A stretch of 64,000 bases of DNA from Amoebidium appalachense (lineage: Eukaryota > Protista > Ichthyosporea): assembly GCA_963693365.1 (NCBI GenBank), contig CAVNZM010000001.1, forward strand, positions 9,874,907 through 9,938,906. Reading direction: 5' to 3'. Shown piece after piece: positions 11,931 to 24,855 of the stretch. Both the position numbers and the translations under genes were made by a program. Within the stretch, counting starts at the first letter, position 1; each line of letters begins with the position of its first letter. The notes under the pieces were generated by a model. That model saw nothing but the letters and a program-made list of their open reading frames with translations, ran no database searches and was not told the DNA's origin.

Positions 11931-12407
11931 GTAACCACCACCGTTGTGCCCCCCCCTCCCTCCCCTCCCTCCCCCCCCCCCCCCCCTTCCTTCTTACCTT
12001 TCTAACTTTTTCACAATTTGTACACGAGATACCATTAAGACTGTTGTTCCTTTATGTCTCGCTCCACTGGAGCAGAGACCGCACAAGTTGTTCATGTTTA
12101 AAAATTTCTAAGTCTCACTCCACAGGAGTAGAGACAATTTCACTCTGTTAGACTCCACAGGAGTCCAGCTTTCACCGAACAAACTAAACAAACCAACAAA
12201 CAAACAAACAAAACAAAACAAACATCATCACACAAATAAAATACGAAGTCTACATCTCCCCCCTATCTCCCCCCTGCAGAGGCCGGGACTACACCAAAAG
12301 AGACATAAACTAAGTATTAATTCTTTTTTTTTTCCTCCGGGGGGGGGGGGGGGGGGGGTCTTTCCCTATTCCTCCTCATTCTAATCATCCTCAACCCTCC
12401 CACCCAC

Positions 12408-13382
12408 ATCGCCTTTCTGCTGACAGGCTGAGGACTGCCTTCTCCCGGACCTTGCAGATCTTTTCCCAGGTCTTTGCATACTGGGTTGGGACAGAAGGAG
12501 ATTGTGTGAGTGTTTTTAACTTTTCTGGCTAGCCTGAGCATGTATGTACCTGGGAAAAATGCTATCACAATGTTACCATACCAAACCTAAAGATGACATG
12601 ATAGGATGATACTTGCCCATGCTTAGGAGATATCCTAAAACACTACGATGATACGTAACCCATACATACGACTTATCAATATCATCATTTCGATATCCAT
12701 ACGTTGTCTTTCGGACGGGAGCTAAAACACAATGATGGGGGGGGGGGGGGGGTTGAATGCAGAATACGGTACGAAATACGCATACACGATGAGAAGCATG
12801 GTGCAGGACACATGCAAAGGCAAACATTCAAGCACGCAACATCAGCCATGTGCACAGTATGCGTCATAAGCAGAGCCCATCCTCAGGGAGGACGCAAGGG
12901 GGGGGGGGGGGGGGGGGGGGTAGTTGTTTACCTTGCTGATCTCTGATGGCCGAGCACCACCCTCGTAGTCAGGCATGTCAGCTCCATACTTCACAGCTGA
13001 CCACGAAATCTGAGTGGCAGACTTGTGGGCCATTGGATCCCGCAGTCCGCACTCAAATGTGTGGAGCATGAAGCTGAAGAGCTCGGGCAACGCCTTTTGA
13101 AACTCCTGTGTGGGTGTTGGTGTGTGTGTTGCGTGTACGTACACGTAAGCATGTGTGTATGTGGTGATGAGGAAAGGGGGTATTCTCCATTAGCAGCAAA
13201 TAAAACCGAATTCGACAATGAAAAATCTGAAATGACTTGAGGAAGTGGGAAGCTGAATGGATACTGGATAACCATGCATGTACCGTTTCTCTGAGTGATA
13301 AGGATTTGATGTCTTGTGTGGTTATGTGTTGGTGATTCGTACGTGGGACAACAGGGGGAGGTGGGAGGGAGGGAGTGGGAGT

Positions 13383-13415
<33 letters not shown>

Positions 13416-13833
13416 TCACAGTGCATTAAGAATGAACCAATAAGGAAGAACAACAACATTAAACATGAATAAGCATGTTAAAAAAAGCAGCATGAGAAGA
13501 CTTCGTCTTTGATTGGGGTGTGGTGTGTGTGTGTGTGTGGGGGAGGGGGGGGGGGGGGGGGGAATGGGCACAAACGTTTAGTGTCTTGAAGCTGCTGAGG
13601 CGGTTCTTGATGTAGGAGCCGTTGATGGGGGACATGCACATGATGCGGTGAAGGGCGGAGTTGCCCCATGGGTTGCCCCTCACCGGATCGACGCTGTACA
13701 TGTGGCCACAGGGATGGTTGTTGCACTCAACTTGAACCTCCACCAACCACCCCTCCCACGTCTTCTTGCGGCACCTAACCTGGTCTGCCAACTTGTCGGG
13801 GTCGGCGGCATTGACAGGGGCAACCTGGAACAT
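12408..13833 (-). CDS. Spliced gene of unknown function (exons 13833-13576, 13105-12932, 12528-12408) with a Cys/His motif; possibly a transposon accessory gene
   Basis: Three AG/GT-bounded open exons join in phase 0: MFQVAP..VECNNHPCGHMY..WGNSAL..TLN, EFQKALPEL..EISK, PEKLKTL..AERR. Start and end are uncertain. Confidence 0.5.
12753..12897 (-). repeat. Intronic dispersed element, copy 1
   Basis: Minus strand reads ..ATGGGCTCTGCTTATGACGCATACTGTGCACATGGCTGATGTTGC..GCATTCAAC between C tracts; homologous to 36994-37084, 49933-50047 and 59363-59516. Confidence 0.85.
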
Positions 13834-15029
13834 CTGTGTTGGTGGGCATGGAGGCATTTGACAGTTTTTTGGAAGGGGGGGGGGAGGGGGGAGGGGGGGG
13901 GATGGGGAGGGGCTTTTGGTGTGTGTGTTTTTTTGTATGTGTGGGTGGGGAAGTGAGTGAGTGAGTGTGTGTGTGTGTTTGGGGGGGGGGGGGGGGGGGG
14001 GTTAGAATGAATGAATAACACTAAATGCTAACATGTGAAACACGCGTACGTTGTGCTGAAAGACAAAAGCACAAACTTATGAAGTCTAGAGAAGCAGAAA
14101 ATAGCTTGAACGACTGGTGGAGGGGATGATAGCTATAGTGCTAACAGGAAAAGTAGTGCCCACAGTCGCTGGTTCATGAACGTGAAAAGGCAACGTGCAT
14201 CTGCAGCCAGCAGAACACACGCACACGCACGCACACACACACACATAAACACACACGCACACAGACACAGACACAGACACAGATATAATCACAGGCACGG
14301 ACACAGACCAGACAGACAAACGCCATATGCACAAAAGCAGGCAACACAAAACTAACCTTCAAACGGCCTTTCAGCCGTTAGGCGAAGATGCTTCAGCATC
14401 ACGGCCATCTAGAAACACCAGATGGCCGTGTTCAGCATGCAGCATGGTCGAAACCATGCAGCACGGTGGCTGCGCGACCTGCGGAGGGGACCTGTGACCA
14501 GGCGACCTGCGGGAAGGGAACTGCGACCAGGCGACCTGCGGGAAGGGACCTGCGGAACTGCGGACCTGCGGGAAGGGGGAAAAGAAATGGAGCAAACAAC
14601 GTGCGTACAGGCTTAAACGGACAAAAAATTGCAAACCGGATTGGGTTTAGCCAATCACTATTTGCTATTTGCTATAGTTCGGTTTAGTAACCGCCGCGCC
14701 TGATTAGGGAAAAGATAAAAATAGATTTCGGCTCGCGCGCGCGCGTGCATCAGCTTGGTGCCCTTAGCGGTGCCCTTAGTCACAACTATCAGACTATAGT
14801 TACGTGTCCTCCACGTGACCCCAGTCTTCCGAGGTGGTGTCATAGGTGGGCGCCAACACCAATAAATTGACTGGTGACGGGTGTACAACCAAAGAAACTC
14901 AGCAGCACATATAATAACGTTGATGCTATACCCTGCCTAGTTGACGTAATAACTAGTGCACCATCGCACGCGTGACCCCCCCCCCCCCCCCCCCCCCCCT
15001 GGGGGGGTGTTTTTGCCACGCGGTACCCC

Positions 15030-17070
15030 TGATATTGTAGGTGTACACTGCCCCCACAACCCCAACTGTGTGCTGAATATCTCGTGCTAGGAAACCAATA
15101 ACGCGAAAGTAACACATGCTGCATGATATATGATGTACATGGTACAAAGGGGGTTTCAATCCGGGCTACAATGTTGTGTTTTTTTCGGGTGACCCTCGTA
15201 CTCCAGAGGCACACTCACCATCCCCCCCATAAACTTTGTGGTAAATTTCTCGTTCCAGAAGCTGTTCTGTGGGTAGTTATTGAAAAAACCAATAATGTGC
15301 AAGTAACATATGTACATATACTATGCTACAAGGGGGGTTCTATACGAGCTACAACGTTGTGTTTTTTTCGTGTGACCCTCGCACTCCAGGGGCACATTCC
15401 CCATCCCCCCCATAAACTGTGTGGTAACTTTCTCGTGCTAGAAGCTGTTCTGTGGGTAGTTATTGAAAAAACCAATAATGTGTAAGCAACGCATGTACAT
15501 ATACTATGCTACAAGGGGGGTTCTATTCGAGCTACAACGTTGTGTTTTTTTCGTGTGACCCTCGTACTCCAGGGGCACATTCCCCATCCCCCCCATAAAC
15601 TGTGTGGTAAATTTCTCGTGCTAGAAGCTGTTCTGTGGGTAGTTATTGAAAAAACCAATAATGTGTAAGCAACACATGTACATATACTATGCTACAAGGG
15701 GGGTTCTATTCGAGCTACAACGTTGTGTTTTTTTCGTGTGACCCTCGTACTCCAGGGGCACATTCCCCATCCCCCCCATAAACTGTGTGGTAAATTTCTC
15801 GTGCTAGAAGCTGTTCTGTGGGTAGTTTTTGAAAAAACCAAAAATGTCTAGGTAACACATGGACATATACTATGCTACAAGGGGGGTTCTATACGAGCTA
15901 CAACTTTGTGTTTTTTTCGTGTGACCCTCGTACTCCAGGGGCACATTCCCCATCCCCCCACAAACTTTGTGGTATTTCTCGTGCTAGAGGCATTCGTGAA
16001 TGAAACCAAATCGATATGTACAACAGCACAAGGGGGACACGAGCACAACGGTTTTGTGTGACCCCGACCCGGGCACATCCCCACCCCCCAAACTGGGTAT
16101 CCGGAGAAGCTGTTCTGTGGGTAGTTATTGAAAAAACCAACTTTGCACAATGTACAGGGGGGCCCGTTGTGTTTGTGTGACCCTCGCGCTCCAGGGGCAC
16201 ATTCCCCATCCCCCCATAAGGTGTGGTAACTTTCTCGTGCTAGAAGCTGTTCTGTGGGTAGTTATTGAAAAAACCAATAATGTGTAAGCAACGCATGTAC
16301 ATATACTATGCTACAAGGGGGGTTCTATTCGAGCTACAACGTTGTGTTTTTTTCGTGTGACCCTCGTACTCCAGGGGCACATTCCCCATCCCCCCATAAA
16401 CTGTGTGGTAAATTTCTCGTGCTAGAAGCTGTTCTGTGGGTAGTTATTGAAAAAACCAAAAATGTCTAGGTAACACATGGACATATACTATGCTACAAGG
16501 GGGGTTCTATACGAGCTACAACTTTGTGTTTTTTTCGTGTGACCCTCGTACTCCAGGGGCACATTCACCATCCCCCCCACAAACTTTGTGGTAAATTTCT
16601 CGTGCTAGAGGCTATTCTGTGGGTAGTTATTGAAAAACCAATAATGTCTAGGTAACATATGTACATATTCTATGCTTTAAGGGGGGTTCTATACGAGCTA
16701 CAACGTTGTGTTTTTTTTTGTGTGACCCTCGTACTCCAGGGGCACATTCCCCATCCCCCCCATAAACTTTGTGGTAAATGTCTCGTGCTAGAGGCTGTTC
16801 TGTTGGTAGTTATTGAAAAAACCAAAAATGTCTACTGAGGTAACACATGGACATATACTATGCTACAAGGGGGGTTCTATACGAGCTACAACGTTGTGTT
16901 TTTTTCGTGTGACCCTCGTACTCCAGGGGCACATTTACCATCCCCCCCATAAACTTTGTGGTAAATGTCTCGTGCTAGAGGCTGTTCTGTGGGTAGTTAT
17001 TGAAAACCCAATAATGTCTAGGTAACATATGTACATATACTATGCTACAAGGGGGGTTCTATGCTACAAG
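15030..17070. repeat. Tandem satellite, ~183-bp unit, about 11 copies (two degenerate at ~15990-16200)
   Basis: GCTACAAGGGGGGTTCTA recurs near 15325, 15508, 15691, 15874, 16310, 16492, 16862 and 17044. Confidence 0.95.
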
Positions 17071-17072
17071 GG

Positions 17073-17107
17073 GTGCATGTGCATGTGCATGTGCATGTGT
17101 GTGTGTG

Positions 17108-17149
<42 letters not shown>

Positions 17150-17682
17150 GGAGGGAGGGAGGGACGGAGGGAGGGAGGGACGGGGGGAGGGAGGGAGGGA
17201 TGGTTGGGAGGGAGGGAGGGAGGGGGGAGGGAGGGACGGAGGGAGGGACGGAGGGAGGGAGGGAGGGATGGTTGGGAGGGAGGGAGGGAGGGGGGAGGGG
17301 GGAGGGAGGGTGGGAGGGAGGGAGAAAAGAGAGAGAGACAGTGTGTGTGTGTGCATATCTGTATGTGTGTGTGTGTGTGTGTGTTTGCGTGTGTGTGTGT
17401 GTGTGCATATGTGAGTGTGCATGTGCATGTGTGTGTGTCTGTGTGTGCATATGTGCATGTGTGTGTGTGTGCCTGTGTGTGTGTGTGTATGCGTGTCTGT
17501 GTCTGATGTGTGGATGTCTGTGTATGTTGTGTGTGTGTGCATGTCTGTGTGTGTGTATGTGCTCAGTTGAAAGGGCAGGGGGGGAGAGGGGGGATGCACC
17601 GTGTGTGTGCATGTGTGCACGTGTGTGTGTGTGTGCTCTGTGGAGAGGGAAGGGGAGGGGGGAAATGCACCGTGTGTGTGCA

Positions 17683-17726
<44 letters not shown>

Positions 17727-17878
17727 TGTGTGTGTGTTGTGTGTTTGTGTGTGTGTGCATGTCTGTGTGCGTCGTGTGTGGTGTGTGTGTGTGTGTGCAT
17801 GTCTGTGCATGTGTGCATGTGCTCGGTGGAGAGGGAAGGGGAAGGGGGGATTCGTGTCCGTGCATGTGTGCATGTGTG

Positions 17879-17913
<35 letters not shown>

Positions 17914-18119
17914 ATGTATGTGTGTGTGTATGTGCTCGGTTGAGAGGGAAGGGGGGGGGGGGGGGGGATGCACCATGTGTGTGCATGTGTGCACGTGTGT
18001 GTGTGTGTGTGCTCTGTGGAGAGGGAATGGGAGGGGAGGAAATGCACCGTGTGTGTGCATATGTGTGTGTGTCTCTCTGTATGTGTGTGTGTGTGTGTTG
18101 TGTGTTTGTGTGTGTGTGG

Positions 18120-18200
<81 letters not shown>

Positions 18201-18326
18201 GGTGTGTGTGTGTGTCCCGGTGTGCCAGTGTGCGTGCGTGTGTGTGAGTGCATGTTTCTGCATTGTGTGCGAGCATGTGGATGCCTTGGGAAGAGCAAGA
18301 TTGGACGGTATCGAATGCTGTGTGTG

Positions 18327-18360
<34 letters not shown>
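17073..18360. repeat. Compound microsatellite: (GT)n, (GGGA)n and GTGCAT
   Basis: Directly visible low-complexity tract. Confidence 0.95.
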
Positions 18361-18362
<2 letters not shown>

Positions 18363-18506
18363 CAATGATAAGCCGGCCATGTGTTTATCATGGCGCACCG
18401 GTAAATGCATGTGGCGATTATGTGTAAATATATAAACGGAAATACATTATAAAAAAGGACTCACTCAACGAGATGAAGGAGCGTTACAGAACGTACGTGT
18501 CTGCCG

Positions 18507-18547
<41 letters not shown>

Positions 18548-18597
18548 CCCCCCCTGTCTTCCCTCCTTCCCACTACGACCCCCCCCCCCCCCCCGCA

Positions 18598-19832
18598 CGT
18601 CCATATTAGGCAAAATGCGCTATAATACGTGGGGAAAAGGGGGGGGTTCAACAGTTAATAACGTGCAGGGGTTTGATGGGAGCACAACCAAACTTTGCAT
18701 TTTAGGGCAGTGTCTCTGTGTGGGGGGCTAACAAAACCGGTCGGACTGTCTCCCCATTTCTGTGGGGAAAGTTATTAACCGTTGTACGTCCATATTAGGC
18801 AAAATGCGCTATAATACGTGGGGAAAAGGGGGGGATTCAACGATTAATAACGTGCAGGGGTTTGATGGGAGCACAGCCAAACTTTGCATTTTAGGGCAGT
18901 GTCTCTGTGTGGGGGGCTAACAAAACCGGTCGGACTGTCTCCCCATTTCTGTGGGGAAAGTTATTAACCGTTGTACGTCCATATTAGGCAAAATGCGCTA
19001 TAATACGTGGGGAAAAGGGGGGGATTCAACGATTAATAACGTGCAGGGGTTTGATGGGAGCACAACCAAACTTTGCATTTTAGGGCAGTGTCTCTGTGTG
19101 GGGGGTCTAACAAAACCGGTCGGACTGTCTCCCCATTTCTGTGGGGAAAGTTATTAACCGTTGTACGTCCATATTAGGCAAAATGCGCTATAATACATAG
19201 GGAAAAGGGGGGATTCAACAGTTAATAACGTGCAGGGGATTGATGGGAGGACAACCAAACTTTGCATTAGGCAGTGTCTCTGTGTGGGGGGTCTAAAAAA
19301 ACCGGTCGGACTGTCTCCCCATTTCTGTGGGGAAAGTTATTAACCGTTGTACGTCCATATTAGGCAAAATGCGCTATAATACATAGGGAAAAGTGGGGGA
19401 TTCAACAGTTAATAACGTGCAGGGGATTGATGGGAGGACAACCAAACTTTGCATTAGGGCAGTGTCTCTGTGTGGGGGGTCTAACAAAACCGGTCGGACT
19501 GTCTCCCCATTTCTGTGGGGAAAGTTACTAACCGTTGTACGTCCATATTAGGCAAAATGCGCTATAATACATAGGGAAAAGGGGGGGATTCAACAGTTAA
19601 TAACGTGCAGGGGATTGATGGGAGCACAACCAAAATTTGCATTAGGCAGTGTCTCTGTGTGGGGGGTCTAACAAAACCGGTCGGACTGTCTCCCCATTTC
19701 TGTGGGGAAAGTTATTAACCGTTGTACGTCCATATTAGGCAAAATGCGCTATAATACATAGGGAAAAGGGGGGGTTGGGGGTTGGCAACAGTTAATAACG
19801 TGCAGGGGATTGATGGGAGCACAACCAAACTT
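18598..19832. repeat. Tandem satellite, 186-190-bp unit, about 6.5 copies
   Basis: CGTCCATATTAGGCAAAATGCG starts at 18598, 18787, 18976, 19166, 19352, 19540 and 19727. Confidence 0.95.
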
Positions 19833-19959
19833 TGGGAGGCCCTGGGCAATAAATTAGTACCCGGTTTACATTGGGGAGGCGTAATGGGCCGGGGGGGGTT
19901 TGAAACATGGAGAATTTATATATATATATATTTGGTTTGGGTTTGTGTGCTCGGGATAG

Positions 19960-20308
19960 GTACGATGACGTCATTATTGGTGCGGGGGAAGACGAGGACG
20001 GCGATGAGGTGCATTTCTACGCAAAGGTGGTGCTTCTCTTCACCTGCACTTCAGAGCATGGGGACAAGCTTCTGAATCGTGCCTTCGTTCGATACTACAC
20101 AGAGCGCAGACATCTGGACGAACACACACGTTGTCCCCGACTGACATGGGAGATGGTTGGTGCGAATGCGCAGCGAAGACCGAGGTACGACGTTATTGAC
20201 GTCGAGTCTATATTGGGGATTTTCCACTGCATCCCGGTGAAGGTCCCTGTAGGGGGGAGGAAGGAGTTCCTCGTTAACAAATACGTGCACATGGGTCGTA
20301 ACTCTTGA
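19960..20308 (+). CDS. Terminal exon resembling the C-terminal domain of Plavaka/CMC-type transposases
   Basis: TAG acceptor, then YDDVII..FYAKVVLLFTC..AFVRYY..YDVIDVESILGIFHCIP..FLVNKY. This matches the pattern I recall for these transposase C-termini. No catalytic exons were found. Confidence 0.65.
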
Positions 20309-20869
20309 ATTGAGTGCATGGTTTGTAAATGTCAGGTGTTTTCTATCAGATTATCTTCAGTTTTGTTTTTTTTGTTTATTAAATAGGTTCTTTTGGCACC
20401 GCTCTTGATTTACTTTTAATACATGTACACGCATATGGACTTCATACCGGCATGTTCACCGCCGTCTATACGCTACACTGTTCAGCTTTCCGCAATATAA
20501 TTATCCCACTACTATAATCCCCTGCCGTTCCAGGCACCCACAAACTCTGCTAGTTCTTGTACCCCCTCCGAATCAGCATCCTATTCGTTCTCTTATGTAT
20601 TCTCTCTCAAGTATGCCAGCATTCCCACGAAACCCCCATAAAACATCCATTGTTATATGTATCCAGAAGGCCGTGCCACCAGTTATTATTTACAATTTTA
20701 CAAGAAAATTATTAACATCTATATTACACATACCTGCCTAATGATAGTGGCCCGGTATCATATAGCTATACAGCAGCCCCTCCAGATGCTCAATTAAAAT
20801 GTACACAGCTTGGTTTTTTACTACCAGTGCTAATTTATATGATTTCAACATGGCCTGCCATGACCTTCC

Positions 20870-23117
20870 TATCGATACGGTAAACCCATCCATCAGGGCG
20901 CGGGGTTTTCAGACGTCTTTACGACAACTAATGGTTGTCGAGGACACTCATATGGATATTGTAAACCCATCCATTCGACAGTTGTTTCCGATGTCTTAAG
21001 ACAGTCTTCCGAGGGGGTGCAGCAAGACCATCTTATGATGTCGTAATCCGGAGGTGTGCACGACATCCAGTGTACATCCAATGTATGGGGTTAGGAGTAC
21101 CACCATAATATCATCTTACGATGTCGTAATGTGCAGGTGTTTACGACATACACAGTGTATCGTGGACCTTCATATGGATACTGTAAACCAATCCATGCGG
21201 GGGGTTTCAGACGTCTATTGACAGTCTCACGTTGGGTGTCGCAAGAGCATGTTACGATGTCGTATACTGGGGGGGGTTACGACAACTAATGGTTGTCGAG
21301 GACACTCATATGGATATTGTAAACCCATCCATTCGACAGTTGATTCCGATGTCTTAAGACAGTCTTCCGAGGGGGTGCAGCAAGACCATCTTATGATGTC
21401 GTAATCCGGAGGTGTGCACGACATACAGTGTACATCCAATGTATGGGGTTAGGAGTACCACCATAATATCATCTTACGATGTCGTAATGTGCAGGTGTTT
21501 ACGACATACACAGTGTATCGTGGACCTTCAAATGGATACTGTAAACCAATCCATCCGGCGGGGTTTCAGACGTCTATTGACAGTCTCACGTGGGGTGTCG
21601 TAAGAGCATGTTACGATGTCGTACTCAGGTGGGGTTTACGACAACTAATGGTTGTCGAGGACATTCATATGGATATTGTAAACCCATCCATTCGACAGTT
21701 ATTTCCGACGTCGTAAGACAGTCTTTCGAGGGGGTGCAGCAAGACCATCTTATGATGTCGTAATCCGGAGGTGTGCACGACATCCAGTGTACATCCAATG
21801 TATGGGGTTAGGAGTACCACCATAATATCATCTTACGATGTCGTAATGTGCAGGTCTTTACGACATACACAGTGTATCGTGGGCCTTCATATGGATACTG
21901 TAAACCAATCCATCCGGCGGGGTTTCAGACGTCTATTGACAGTCTCACGTGGGGTGTCGTAAGAGCATGTTACGATGTCGTACACAGGTGGGGTTTACGA
22001 CAACTAATGGTTGTCGAGGACATTCATATGGATATTGTAAACCCATCCATTCGACAGTTATTTCCGACGTCGTAAGACAGTCTTCCGAGGGGGTGCAGCA
22101 AGACCATCTTATGATGTCGTAATCCGGAGGAGTGCACGACATCCAGTGTACATCCAATGTATGGGGTTAGGAGTACCACCATAATATCATCTTACGATGT
22201 CGTAATGTGCAGGTCTTTACGACATACACAGCCTGTCGTGGACCTTCAAATGGATACTGTAAACCAATCCATCCGGCGGGGTTTCAGACGTCTAGTGACA
22301 GTCTCACGTGGGGTGTCGTAAGAGCATGTTACGATGTCTGACTCAGGTGGGGTTTACGACAACTAATGGTTGTCGAGGACATTCATATGGATATTTTAAA
22401 CCCATCCATACGACAGTTATTTCCGACGTCGTAGGACTGTCTTCCGAGGGGTGCAGCAAGACCATCTTATGATGTCGTAATCCGGAGGTGTGCACGACAT
22501 CCAGTGTACATCCAATGTATGGGGTTAGGAGTACCACCATAATATCATCTTACGATGTCGTAATGTGCAGGTGTTTACGACATACACATTCGTGGACCTT
22601 CAAATGGATACTGTAAACCAATCCATACGGCGGGGTTTCAGACGTCTAGCGACAGTCTCACGTGGGGTGTCGTAAGAGCATGTTACGATGTCGTACACAG
22701 GTGGGGTTTACGACAACTAATGGTTGTCGAGGACATTCGTATGGATATTGTAAACCCATCCATTCGACAGTTATTTCCGACGTCGTAAGACAGTCTTCCG
22801 AGGGGGTGCAGCAAGACCATCTTATGATGTCGTAATCCGGAGGAGTGCACGACATCCAGTGTACATCCAATGTATGGGGTTAGGAGTACCACGAAAGTTG
22901 TGGTTGCTGTAAACCCATCCATAGGTGTGGTTAGGGTTATACATTGGGCTGTCCCAATACTGTCGGTCATCCCTAAAGGGGTCGTAAACCACTCCGCCGA
23001 CGGTCTACGACGTCGTCGACGGGTTTGGAGGTTTTTCCTTCATATAACGTAAACCCATCCATTAGACAGTCCTAAACCAGTGCCAACCCATCGACGAGGT
23101 CTTCGGTGGGGTTACGA
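20870..23117. repeat. Palindrome-rich satellite, ~359-bp unit, about 5.7 copies, plus a degenerate tail
   Basis: GGGTTTCAGACGTCT recurs near 20903, 21203, 21561, 21920, 22279 and 22634. Each unit has several TTACGATGTCGTAA-type dyads. Confidence 0.95.
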
Positions 23118-23135
23118 GGGGGGGGGGAGATTGCT

Positions 23136-23321
23136 GATGTTTTTAAGGCTCTTGCCTCCCGAATCAAGTTTCCTGAGTGAGAGGCTAAGAAAATCGTCTA
23201 CAACGAACTTGCTTTCTTCTCCCGTAAATCTCATACGTGTCTTTTCAACCGCCTCAGTCGACGGTTTGGCTGACTGTGGGGGACTGTCACTCTGTGATTC
23301 GATGTTGAGGTTTGCAGGCAT
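23136..23321 (-). pseudogene. Truncated N-terminus of a Myb/SANT-like protein, probably a Harbinger accessory gene
   Basis: MPANLN..KTRMRFTGEESKFVV.. runs straight into the satellite terminus with no splice donor; a Harbinger-type TIR lies 550 bp upstream. Confidence 0.4.
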
Positions 23322-23810
23322 CTTGTCGGTTCAAACAAGATTATCTACAAGTGTACTGTGCTACTGGAAGACTCGGGCTGGACGGCCGCAGAGGGTAGGA
23401 AAAGAATGAGAAGTGAGGTGCGTGTCTGTTTTTATAACGTTCCCCACGTGCAAGTCCGTGCGTTGGTGCAGGTGTCGCAGTTCAAGGCACAGCTGTCGCA
23501 GCCCACTCAGTATCCACATGCTGCCAGCAACGGAAGTTTGGTTTGGCGCCCTTTCAACAATCCTTTTTTGGCCACTTCAAACTATCGACGATTGGTGCAA
23601 AAGGACACCATATATAGTTCCATAAAATGAACATTCATTGGGTCGGACATTCAGGACCTGAAAGGATTTCGCGCTAATCCACCTCCCGAGGTGGATTAGT
23701 GGAATCCAGATTACGGCCATGTCCGAGGGGTTTGAAACCCAGATTTACGTGACCGGATCTGGCCGTCTGTTTGGCAGCGGCTGGATTTTGAGATTTGGAT
23801 TTAGCGCTAA

Positions 23811-23950
23811 ACCCAAAATCGCCCGTAATCCGGATTTAGGACCCTAAACCCGGGTTGCCAAACAGGCCCTAATAGTCTCGACCCAAAATCGCCCGTAATC
23901 CGGATTTAGGACCCTAAACCCGGGTTGCCAAACAGGCCCTAATAGTCTCG
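23811..23950. mobile_element. PIF/Harbinger-type terminal inverted repeat plus TAA, inside an exact 70-bp tandem duplication
   Basis: CCAAACAGGCCC|TAA at 23858-23872 and 23928-23942 is the reverse complement of the Tourist/PIF-type terminus GGGCCTGTTTGG. GGATT/AATCC subterminal repeats start at ~23660. Confidence 0.7.
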
Positions 23951-24655
23951 AGCGCTCGGGCACGCGGGGCGTGCGTAAGCATGGTCGGTGCACCCACTTC
24001 TTTCCAAGAGTATGCTACGGGTGCTACGGGCAGTCGCAGGCACTTGGGCGACTCCGGAATGAGGGAAACCAACCAATCAATAGGTATAAAAGCTACATAC
24101 AAGTAAGTTACACTGCATGGTTGGTTGAGGATCATACATCATGTGTACATTCCCAAGGAATTTGGGGCTTCATTAATCATTAATGCTGACCTCACGTCGA
24201 CTCGAGTCCTCGGGCGTACATACAAAAAAGTGTACATTGTACATGTGTGGAATTATGTTGCCTTACGTGAATAGCTTAATAATCATGCAACGTAACAAGT
24301 AATGCAGCAACATTATGCCTGTGACGCCTATCTCGACCCCACACCTGACAACCTGATGACACCTGAACATGGGCATTTCAGTGAGCATGCGGCCAGACAA
24401 ACCGTTCCGAAGCATAACGCATATTTTAGCGACCCCTAGATCGTCCCTCTATACTAATTCGAAAGACTTGGGTGCGCTATTCCATTGCGATTTCAGGTGC
24501 CTTGATTGGCCCACAGTTTTTTGGCTCACCACTCATCCAGCCGACTGCGGCAAACAATTTACGTGATTTTTGGCCAATCTGAAATGTTTGCGCAAACACA
24601 CGGAAGGACGTTCGCATGTCACACATGTCACATTAAACGCTGTACACACACACAT

Positions 24656-24711
<56 letters not shown>

Positions 24712-24782
24712 ACATACACACACACATGCACACACGTGCACACACGCGCACACACGCGCACACACACGTACGTACGTATACA

Positions 24783-24855
<73 letters not shown>

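Larger units (their letters stand above)
11171..23136. mobile_element. Putative large CMC (CACTA/Mirage/Chapaev)/Plavaka-type DNA transposon, internally deleted; left terminus displaced by the copia insertion
   Basis: Both ends carry the same motifs (TTACGAC/GTCGTAA, AAACCCATCC, ATCCAATGTAT). There is an internal transposase-like terminal exon at 19960-20308. The right boundary coincides with truncation of the ORF at ~23136. No TIR pair or TSD can be checked within the window. Confidence 0.5.

Noticed and set aside
17042-18435. Long His/Thr- or Val/Cys-rich ORFs (also throughout 24-64 kb)
   Set aside because: They are translations of (CA)n, (GA)n and poly-C/G tracts.
18440-18495. Upstream exon for the transposase-like terminal exon
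   Set aside because: The donor phase fits, but an in-frame stop lies just upstream and the peptide lacks expected motifs.
20799-23052. Recurrent 60-95-aa ORFs as a peptide gene cluster
   Set aside because: They simply follow the satellite unit, and indels between units break the frames.
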